DNA of 64,000 nt, from NCBI RefSeq assembly GCF_037042905.1, contig NC_087252.1, positions 16,928,001-16,992,000 on the forward strand. Direction: 5' to 3'. The notes beneath the pieces were generated by a model that did not search any database, had not been told where the DNA came from, and worked only from the letters and a program-made list of their open reading frames with translations. Positions 38,401 to 47,943 of the stretch are shown here, piece after piece; positions within the stretch are counted from its first letter, which is position 1; each line of letters starts with the position of its first letter. Position numbers and translations under genes: made by a program. This DNA comes from Lytechinus pictus (taxonomy: Eukaryota).

Positions 38401-41395
38401 AAACGTAGGCATGACTGAAATAAACCATAAGTAACACGAAAATACCCATATTTGCACAAAATTATTAATTTTAAAGATGCATTATGAACAGCAATTGTGG
38501 CTTGCATGTACTATATATTACCTTTTTATTTTGTTTCCATTACTTTTTAATGTGAATAACGTTTTGTGTGGAAAATTACAAAGAATTCACATCGAGTATC
38601 CCCCCCCCCCCCCCAAAAAAATGCTCACTTAGCCATCAAAGGATGACTTTTATTTTCAGCAATGCAAATGACGTCGAAACTTGCAAGAGTACTGAAGGCC
38701 AGCTGCAGCTAATTACCTTTGTCATAATGCATAAATACATGTAATCCTCAAGAACAAACTTAAGGCCATTTCCCATGATTACTCTCTTCAGGTATACTAG
38801 TCTTACCATTCTTCCATCACTGTAGCATGGGATTCGCTTCAATATGGGCTCTACTTGGGCATCAGGAAGAGACATTATCCATTTTTGATTCGTTGCAAAT
38901 GTCTTTTCCAGCAGAAGACGGATATGTCCCAAGCACCTTTTTTCTGCAGGCTTGGTCCACTCTTTTGACAGTTCCTTGAGACACTGATCTGCACTGTCAT
39001 CTGTCACAGTGTTTTCTGAAAGAGAGATAGAGTAGGCTAATAATACAGTAATATCATTATTTTTTATTATGTAGTCCTTTTCATGAATGATACTCAGATC
39101 AAAGTACTTTAATACTGGGGGGATGAAAAGGAAAAAGAAAAAAAATGCCGAACATTTCTCTGTAACACTAAAAAAGCCGGGTCTTTTGGACCCATCTCAC
39201 AGCCGAGGGGAGGCAGAATCCCCCCCCCCCCCACCAAGATCTCTTGAACAGGGCAAGCAGTCTTAACATAATTTCCTATTTTAGACCCTTAACAGGGATT
39301 TTAATATCTTGCATGGTAATGTACACCATATATGAGGATTGCCAATGCTATCCTGTTTTTTGATTCCCTAAACACGGTATGTGCATTACATGTATGCGCC
39401 AGTGATGAAAAAGATATCATTTTCACACAGTTTTGTGTTTGCTGATGATGTACACTGCTCAATGTGGAGGGGAGAGGGATTGAGAGGAATAAAACCTACC
39501 TTGAGCCATTTGAGCACATCGCGCTCGTTTTGCCATTCCCGCCTGATCATTCACATTGGTTCTCTTTACCTTTCCTTGATCTGGTTCTGTTTTTGGATTC
39601 GTCTTCTTTTTCTGTTGCCATCTGATGTGCCGAATTTTCTGACTGAGACATTTTGTGAAGAAGGACTATATCATAAGAGAAATTGAAGAAAAACAAGTGG
39701 GTAAAGATATCTTATTGGGTATTATTTACAGGTCATGAAAGGGGGCCTACACCAATTTCAGTCAAATTTATGACTTGAAGGTTATTGTAGTAATTGAAAT
39801 GACGACCATGGTCGTTGTTCCTCGGTCTAAAAATCCTGAGAATTCAATTATCTGATATGTGAACGCTGATTTAGGCTTAACAATAATTTTTAATAATTGA
39901 GTAACCCAATTATTGCCCCAAAATGGAAGCTTTGGGGAAAGGTGTTGTAAAAATGCCTTGAACGCCATATACAATTTTGTTTTAGGTCACAAAATAAAGT
40001 TTATATCATTTTCTTTGAATTATGGAATTGTCATTTTTCATTTTCTTGTGTATATGGGAAAAATTCTTACAGATGTTTAAAAAAAAATCAGTATCTTTGA
40101 AGATAAAATTTCTACCCCGTGACCACAACTCATCATTACCTTCAAGTTCTGTGTTAAATTTCATTGTTCGTGTTACCTCTCTAAACTGTACTCTAACTTC
40201 AGCACTCACACTGAAAATATCTGAATGTGATAGTGCAGACATTGTTGGCAAGTTTAGACAGCTAATACCGACACCAAAGGGTAGGATCTCGATACCAGCC
40301 CAGCTCCAAATTTGGCTTCATTAGCCATTACCCATAAGTAGGTTGGAGCTGTAACCTTGGAAAATGGAGCTGAGCTGGTATCGAGATCATACATACAAAT
40401 AGCCTCAAATCGCCCAATGCAGGCATGGATACATACCCACTGGTGTTCCCCTTCACGTCGTATTGTAGGGTACTGCGAGTATATTTTCTGGCCAATCTTG
40501 GCATACTCGGTGGAGGAGTTGATGGTTGGAAATTCTGTAAGATAGTAATTGGCAGCTTCTGAGATCAGTTCTTTCCAGATCACATACTCCTTGCCAATCT
40601 CTAGGTGTCGTAGTACTCTTTGGCTGAAAGGTGGTAGTGGCGTTCCTGCAGTAATCCGCCGTTCAGTGTCATTAGCATTTTGTGGACTTTGTTCAGTTTC
40701 TTGGAGTCTGAAGTTATCGCCATCTCCTCCAGCTGCTGCACCTGTCAAATGTCGATTTTCCACTTTTTGCTCTGCTTCACCCCTCAATTCCCAGTGCTCT
40801 CCCTCCTCTAAAACCATCAAGGTAGAATTGCTACATTCCAGCAGAACCTCGTCGTCGTCGATTTCAGTACCATCCTCCTCCAGCACGATTCCCTCAATTC
40901 TTGCCATCCCAAGCTTCACTTTAGCTATGGACACAAATTAAAGAAAATTCACTTGAAATATTAACTATCGTAAATTGCTTTTGCCATGTTTAAATGCTCT
41001 CATTATCATACCATTAATGTCCATAATATTGATCACATAACTTGTGTGTTTCATAAAAACTGAGGTAAAACATCATTTCAAATGGAACTAGAAATATAGC
41101 CGAAGGTGATTAATACCACCATCAAACAATCTAGTATCACCTTACCTCACTTTTTTGGCCATAATATGCTGTTACTATGGCAATGCTAAAGTTATCACAC
41201 AAAAAAAATGAAACCGTAACATGGAACATAAAACATATGCACATGACATAATTCATGCATGGAACTGAACCATCACTGGTGGACTGGTGGTTATCAACAA
41301 GAAAAAATACCTTTTTCGCAGAGTTCTTCATATGTGTTCGCCACAGCCATCTTTTTTTCAAGGCGGTTGGCCCTCCACAGCTTGAATACTGGCAT
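35459..41395 (-). CDS. Transposon accessory protein (TnpA-like ORF2), 498 aa, N-terminal CIDE-N-like domain; 7 coding exons
   Basis: Hand-spliced exons (minus): 41395-41311, 40924-40437, 39665-39500, 39015-38807, 37779-37666, 36728-36627, 35791-35459. All introns are GT-AG, phases are compatible (1,0,1,0,0,0), and the total is 1497 nt with no internal stop. N-terminus: MPVFKLWRANRLEKKMAVANTYEELCEKAKVKLGMARIEGIVLEEDGTEIDDDEVLLECSNSTLMVLEEGEHWE. The C-terminal AAYYVFNLEYPK...LLGLVQSYVL resembles SAMD3-like/EnSpm ORF2 proteins. Confidence 0.85.
37202..37482. mobile_element. Helentron-associated (HINE-like) short element in an ORF2 intron
   Basis: Asymmetric subterminal IR TCACCTGAG (~37223) / CTCAGGTGA (~37462) and A-run ends. 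Confidence 0.45.
37806..38488. repeat. Near-perfect 341-bp tandem duplication in an ORF2 intron
   Basis: Period 341; I see one substitution (GTAGAC/GTAGGC). Confidence 0.92.
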
Positions 41396-42147
41396 GCTGT
41401 AGTTATACAGTGTAATGTTCTAAATCTGCTTGATTAGCCTCTAATGGCAGACAGTAGTTCTGTGCAGAATACAAAAGAAATCCTGTATTTACATATGTTT
41501 ACAAACAGACTGATTTTCAATCCAAATTTCATTAATAATACATAGACTCATAGTGTAAATCCAAATGTGCATAAGAATTTGAGCAGCGATATTATATCAA
41601 TTTCATCAGTTTTCCTTCCACATGATACTAATAAATTACTATCATAATATTTTACAAGATTATTTTTTTTCCTGTTGAATTTGATTTTGTTGATCTATTA
41701 TGATTCTAATTATAGAGAGGGTGCATGTTCAAAGTCACCCCAAGGTGGGATGAGTGGTGACCTTGAACAACCTGCAAAAATGGACCCATGCTTTAATACT
41801 TCACACTTGAGTGTATCTATCAAAACTGTACACGTGAAAGAGTGTACCATAGACCGTATTTTAGAAACAAAATAACTGAGCTTCTAGCGGATTATAAAAC
41901 TTTATTTTCACAAATCCAGTGTTCAAAGTCACCCCGTCATGGTGACTTTAACACAAAAATATTATACTGATTGAATGAAATTATGCCTTTGTAGTTATTT
42001 GATCTCGACCTACATTGTATTAATAAACATTTACCCCTAATTTGTACATATCGGCCTTACTGTCTTACACTGTATGTTTATAAATGAAATGAAATTTAAT
42101 AATAAAGCTAAGCAAAACAAAATGCTGCTCATTTTGTCAGCAACTTC

Positions 42148-44658
42148 TCAAAGGCTTTCACAAGTGTAAGTATACTTGTTCATGACACATATGTCACCAT
42201 GATGTTTATGCACGCTCAGAGGCCATTTGGAAAATAGCTTTGCATATGGTACAATCCGGTACTCACGAGTTGGTTCAAGGATATATGCCAAGACATGGGT
42301 GTCAAAGCATTGAATATGCATGCACTTCACTATAAACATTGTATTTCCTTCAAAGAGGAAAATGCCCTCAACAAGTCCGAACTGTGGCATGTCATCTTGG
42401 TAAGCCAAAACCAGACAGCAACCACATCTGTAGTCACGACCCAAAATCACAACATCGTTTGTCCCGTACACACGGAAGTTCTCGTCCATTTCATGACCAA
42501 GGATATCAGTCATGGACGCAACAAGGTGAGGAAATGCTTCTTGGAAGACAACAGTATCTCCTTCCTTGACGATGTCACCTGCATATAGGAAGGACTCTGA
42601 TCTTTTACCATTTGTGGCACCATGTTGTTTGTAACACATGTACTTTTGGTGTTTAGTGCTTATGCTCAAAGGCAAATTTTTGAAGCATCTCCATTTCTTT
42701 GTCTTGAAAAAGCCATGTTTGGCTTCAAAGCGCATACACCAGTGGTTCCTCAAAAGACCATACTGCACAAGCTGTTCCGGCAAATGCAAGCAATAGTGCA
42801 TTTTTGGAATGACCCGTGCCCTTGGATAGAGAGACACAAATTTTGTGTGATGTTCATACGTCAATTGTCTTAGAAGTGCTGCAGTAGTCAACATACAAGT
42901 TGGGGATGTGGCAAGAAGGGTCATTTGAACAAGCCTGAGAAAATTGAGCCATTTTTCATTCATCTTTGGTACTTTATCAGCAACAACCAGAGGAAGGATA
43001 GTAATAAGGGTCATCATTGCTGCAGATGTCTGTTTGATTCTGCCCTTATCCTTGAGGGAATTAGCATCAATTATTTCTGGACGGGCTGCACACTCCAAAT
43101 AGGTGTATGGGAAAGAAAGAATTTTGAAATTGAGCCACTTCAAGGTGAAATACTTGGACTCTTTAACAAAATCTGTAAGCAAAAGCTTGAGCTCATATGG
43201 GACTAAGCCTTCAAGCAAAATGTGCATGGGGTCTTGTACAAAACCTGAGCAAAGTTTGAAATCAGGAATTTCAGACAGACAGCTTCTGGTGTTCACACCC
43301 CATTCCTTGCTCCAGTATGTTTTTGCTTCTTTAGATAGGGGTGATTCTAGGGCATCACATCTCCTTTTATGTTCTTCCTCATCCCTCTTCCTAAAGTTGC
43401 TATCGACAAACTCTCTTTGCATTTCAACTTGTGTAGCCTCACATTCTCTGCATGCCTTGTGGGCAAATCCAACACCTTCTTTGAAGCCAGCAAGCCATTG
43501 TGCTGCAAGGGTGTCACATGGCACAATGACAAGATTTCCTTCAACGAGCACTTGCTCACCATTTATTTCAACATTGATTCCTCCACTTGACAATGACCTC
43601 ACTGTTGTGATGAATTCATCCAACAAAGATTGAGGCCCATACTTCCTAATATCCTTTGCTTTAGCAACACCCCAAAGTTGTATGGCATGTAGTCCTGATC
43701 TCAATTCTGGGGGAATGTTTGCAAGAGTGAAGTAAAACATACTCAGTTTGTGTTTCTTTGTGTGAGAGCCAATTGGGTTGACAATTTCAATGTCATCTGT
43801 GTTGAGGATTATTTGAAGGGCTTTTGGGTTTCTGCTGAATAAGCCATTAGACTTGACGTAATTTCCATCTCCAATGTCACACATGAAACCAGAAGAACTT
43901 GCATGCCCATTGTTTACATACTTCCATATTTCTGGCACATGAAGCAAATTAACAATGCTCTCCAAAAAAGGAATCTTATACGCTGTGACATCTTTCTTCA
44001 CAAGTCTGCCCTTAACAGTAACATATCGTTCACCAAGTTTAACTGCAGCTGGTGGGATGTACGACAATTCTTTCTTGTAAAATGAGTCTCTGGACCTCTT
44101 TGTTGTTAAATCATGCAAAGGTGTTGACGAGTTGGGTCTCTTGATGGAGTTTACCACTTCTGCAGAAACATTTGCATTTAATAACATGTTGCAAATTTGT
44201 GCATTATTTTTGGATAACTGTTCATAAACCACATTAACAACAGACTCAATAATCTTATTCACTGATTTTTCAGATAGATTATGTTCACATTCCAGAGCTA
44301 GTGTAAATGAAGCAGCATTCAATTTCTCAACACTAGTCTGTGACATTCTCACATCTTGATTTTCTGCAGCATGCACATCAACACCATCATTCTCCCCATC
44401 ATCAGGAACGTCCTCATCTCTTTCGATACCACCATTATCAATTACATCCTTGTGCTTTCGACAAACATGAGCTTTGAATGCTCCCCATGATTTGCTTGAA
44501 TACAAACAATCAGGGACACTGCAACAAACTAAAAAATTTGGATCATGCTGATGTAAACGAACCACATGAGAAACGAATTTATCATATGAATTGCAGGCAA
44601 AGCAGCACATATAACATTTGAAATTCTGTTCATCACCTGGACCAACCATTTCAGCCAT
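42148..44658 (-). CDS. CMC/EnSpm DDE transposase (TnpD-like), ~836 aa, two N-terminal C2H2-like zinc fingers
   Basis: Single uninterrupted ORF; first ATG at 44658 (MAEMVG). Zinc fingers are CYMC...HVVRLH and CSVPDC...HVCRKH. CMC signatures seen: LNTDDIEIVNPIG, FYFTLANIPP, PCDTLAA, CREC, DPMHILLEG, PKMHYCLH, WCMRFEAKH. Confidence 0.92.
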   Translation of the reverse strand: MAEMVGPGDEQNFKCYMCCFACNSYDKFVSHVVRLHQHDPNFLVCCSVPDCLYSSKSWGAFKAHVCRKHKDVIDNGGIERDEDVPDDGENDGVDVHAAENQDVRMSQTSVEKLNAASFTLALECEHNLSEKSVNKIIESVVNVVYEQLSKNNAQICNMLLNANVSAEVVNSIKRPNSSTPLHDLTTKRSRDSFYKKELSYIPPAAVKLGERYVTVKGRLVKKDVTAYKIPFLESIVNLLHVPEIWKYVNNGHASSSGFMCDIGDGNYVKSNGLFSRNPKALQIILNTDDIEIVNPIGSHTKKHKLSMFYFTLANIPPELRSGLHAIQLWGVAKAKDIRKYGPQSLLDEFITTVRSLSSGGINVEINGEQVLVEGNLVIVPCDTLAAQWLAGFKEGVGFAHKACRECEATQVEMQREFVDSNFRKRDEEEHKRRCDALESPLSKEAKTYWSKEWGVNTRSCLSEIPDFKLCSGFVQDPMHILLEGLVPYELKLLLTDFVKESKYFTLKWLNFKILSFPYTYLECAARPEIIDANSLKDKGRIKQTSAAMMTLITILPLVVADKVPKMNEKWLNFLRLVQMTLLATSPTCMLTTAALLRQLTYEHHTKFVSLYPRARVIPKMHYCLHLPEQLVQYGLLRNHWCMRFEAKHGFFKTKKWRCFKNLPLSISTKHQKYMCYKQHGATNGKRSESFLYAGDIVKEGDTVVFQEAFPHLVASMTDILGHEMDENFRVYGTNDVVILGRDYRCGCCLVLAYQDDMPQFGLVEGIFLFEGNTMFIVKCMHIQCFDTHVLAYILEPTREYRIVPYAKLFSKWPLSVHKHHGDICVMNKYTYTCESL

Positions 44659-45491
44659 TTTGCATGATGTAGAAAATGGAGCAGTCAATTTAAATTGTGA
44701 CAGTGTGAGTGCAACAAGCAACATTAATCATTAATATTTTATCAGCCATGAACGTACCTGAGCTAAGAATAAATATTGCCACTTCGGCAACAAAACTTAG
44801 ACCTAGACCTAGGCTAGGCCTATGTCCACACTCTTCCTAATTCAAACAATATTCCAAGAAAGTCAGACTCAAAGTCAACTCAAACCCATTTTCAGTGGCA
44901 GTGATTCAATAAATTAAGAGTCTTTAACTAAGACTTTAAAGTTTTAATAGACCCATTAGACTTAATTGCTACATGATGTATGTACTTTAGTTCAGATAGA
45001 CGTGTGCTTAATGAGACTAAGCTAAGTTAATTCCAATTCCTGAGAAGTTTCAGAAGCACCCCAGCGGGGCCCAGGCTATAGACTAGTCTATAGACTGCGA
45101 AGACTATCTAACGTTAGAGACTAGAGTAAGACCAAGCAAAAGACCGAGTCCGAGACCCGAATACGGAATAGGCCTAGACCAAGTTACTGATTAGAGTAAT
45201 AGAGATCGATCTAACTTGCATGTACTGAGGCCGAGATCTGTAAAGACTAATTAGCCTACTAAGGCTAAGCCACTAACAGTTAGAACATCTCTAAGCTAGC
45301 GTTAGCTCTACTGATCGAAATAACTACTCTCACTGGCCCGCGGCGCGGCTGACACGTAGACCTATAATGATGTAGATCTACTGTACACTGACAGCTCTTT
45401 ACGGTTTAACATTTGAAGAATATTCGTAAAACTTATGAGTCCATGTACTATTGGTAATATTTTTGACTTGTTGATCAAATTCATAAACTTA

Positions 45492-45630
45492 CATTAAAAG
45501 ATTGACAGGATTTCCCGCAGATTACACCAGAACTCCAGCCAGCACATTTAGACAGTCGATGTGGCGTTAAGGAATTGCACCAACGCGCATGCGTTGTGCA
45601 TGCGCCCCCAAAAACGATCACGCGATCGAT
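45492..45630 (-). promoter_or_regulatory. Putative element promoter and non-coding exon 1
   Basis: CpG-rich patch with GCGCATGCG/GTGCATGCGC (NRF1-like) motifs at ~45584-45605, just inside the subterminal repeats. A consensus donor AT|GTAAGT follows on the minus strand at 45492/45491. Confidence 0.45.
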
Positions 45631-45999
45631 CATAACCAAGTGTTTATGCTAGAAGTGTTTATTTGACTGATGTAATAAACATTATCGCGTTAAACGTAAA
45701 ATTTCACAAAATTAATTGTTATAAATAAAACACGTTATAGATTAAAAGCATCATAGTCATATAATAACCTGTATATGTGTATAACATAAAAGCTTTCAAT
45801 GAATTTTGGAATTTGGAAACATGCTTATTTATCAATGATCACGCCGCCGATAAATAAACACCTAAACGGCACCTAAACCCCTAAACGTATGAGAAAACTA
45901 TACCCGCATTCCGTAAACACATAACGTGTAATTATAAACGCAAGCCTAAACACACCAGTGACATAATAAACACGTCATGTGTTCTGTCTTTTTACAGTG

Positions 46000-47106
46000 T
46001 AATATTAACAGATTTCGCGCTCTCATTAGGCTTATTAGACTAATAAATAATATATTAATTTAGTAATCACTATGTCCTTGTTTTCAGAATGGAATATCGA
46101 CAAGTTCTATTTCGTGCTTAGGAAGAGAAATGGGAAGACAGTCATCATTTTCATTTGATGACATAATGTTCTTAGGATGTCCCGGTCCTAGGTCAAAACT
46201 CAAAGGAATAATATTAAAACATATCGGCTTTTTTAAAACTGTGATCCAAATCCACCTCACAATTGTCCAACAAAGTGCTTGAAATACAGAGATTAAATTG
46301 TCCCTTTTTCAGATCGGAATATCAAATACTTTAAGCTCGCGCTTTTTGCGCTCGCTTTATTGATTTTCATGATGTAAACGGTATTTAGAATGCCCAGATT
46401 CTAGGTCGCGCATGTTTATTCAGATACGCAGCTTGTTTACTATTTAAATCATCCAAATATCAAACATTTTCTGCTCGCGCTTTGTAATCGCATTATAAGA
46501 TTTCCAATTATCATTTTCATGATTTACACAAAATGATCAGAGTGTCCCATTTTTGGGTGTAAATCTCGATTTTTTTCCGCACGAGCTTCGCGCTCGGATC
46601 AATTGTTTAGTCATTTACTTATTATTATCACGATTACAAAAAGTGCTTAGAATTTCCATACTTCGTCTAGAAATGTCAAAATTTTCAGCCCACGCTTTTC
46701 GCTCGCATTATTTGATTGTTGAAAAATGTAAAGTTCATGGCTAACTGCAAGCAGCTGTTTTTGATCAGATCAAAACATATATTAAAATTTTCTGTTCCCG
46801 CTTCGCGCCCGCAGTAATTATTATGTAGTTGCGGTGGATACACATCTGTCTTAGGATCACAAACATTGCCCAGAATATTTAGATTTTAGGACAAAATACT
46901 TTGCACTCGCACTAATCAAATAAGGCTTATGAGATTATTATATATTTATGTTGATTTATAAGAATAAAGCTTAGACTATTATAATAAAAGACTACCCCTT
47001 CAAAGATACAAACAAAACTCAACTTCGAGTGGCCGATCGGGAAAATGTGGCTTAACAAATTCGACTCCCCCCCCCCCCATATTGGCAAAGGCTGGATCCG
47101 CCCCTG
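46000..47106. mobile_element. hAT-like family fragment flanking the EnSpm right end
   Basis: CTCGCGCTTCGCGCTCGC-type motifs; terminus GGCTGGATCCGCCCCTG. It begins mid-element right after the EnSpm TIR. Confidence 0.65.
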
Positions 47107-47943
47107 TCTACTGATAGCTCTTGAAGGGGGGGGGGATGAGTTACCCTTGAATATTATTGTTGAATATTCAGCTCAATATATTGCTTTGACCCCCATCCCT
47201 TCACACACGTTTTGTATATCCCCGTCTACTAACAGCTCTTGGGGGGGGGGGACCATTTTTTTTAACTCAACATAATTATTGCTCTCACACCCCCCCCCCC
47301 CCCCGATCAGATGAATTACGCCACTTGACGTGCGTGATTTCAATTGCAATATAGCCCCAAGATCCACCGACTATTTATTTAGCTTACACATTAAAAAAAA
47401 ACTGGAGAGTTGTCAAACTCCACACAAATATACAATAAAATAACAACAAAATAACATACAATAGAAAGAAAGTATTAAAAAAATTGAGAACTTAGTACAA
47501 TAAAGATAATAAAATATTGAAATTTTTTACCCCCGTCTCCCACACTCGATCTATTACGTATTAGACAATGATATGAAATTATGCTGATCTGCCTTTATTT
47601 GCGCACGATATTCTTAACTAAAGTCATGATATGACCATTGATATAATGGATTATAAATTTTCATAGTTTGATCACACCATATCCACTTTAAATCCCTGGA
47701 AATTCCAGCAACAATACATGTTGTCATGCTTGGTACGACACACATTTTCTTTATTGAAAAGTATCACGACACCAACGTTGAAACTGTGCAAAGGCCTTTA
47801 ATGGCGAACTCCGCTGGGTTGATACATAGCCTATGGGTGATGAACATACGTGAGAGGAGCGGAAGCAGGGGTTCAGGCAGCAGTTGAAGGAGCTGCACCA
47901 CAGTTTCTTGCTAACGCTGGCAAGATGGCAATGTTGGTACATG

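Larger units (their letters stand above)
31922..45999 (-). mobile_element. CMC/EnSpm (CACTA-superfamily) DNA transposon with two genes; left (3') terminus deleted
   Basis: Ends in TTTTTACAGTG at 45989-45999 (CACTGTAAAAA on minus, a typical animal EnSpm terminus). TAAACAC/GTGTTTA subterminal repeats cluster at 45640-45975 and 31930-32160. It contains a CMC transposase and a spliced accessory gene. I found no matching left TIR; the element abuts a truncated Tc1 MITE at 31921. Confidence 0.85.

Noticed and set aside
40254..40436. C-terminal part of the 226-aa ORF (and of ORF 38636-39007)
   Set aside because: Intron read-through beyond consensus donors at 40436 and 38806.
42295..44085. Plus-strand ORFs overlapping the transposase; also antisense ORFs at 60373-61025 and 49937-50507
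   Set aside because: Shadow ORFs of real coding sequence with no recognisable motifs.
44659..44724. N-terminal 22 aa (signal-peptide-like) of the 858-aa ORF
   Set aside because: It depends on a non-ATG start; the first ATG is at 44658.
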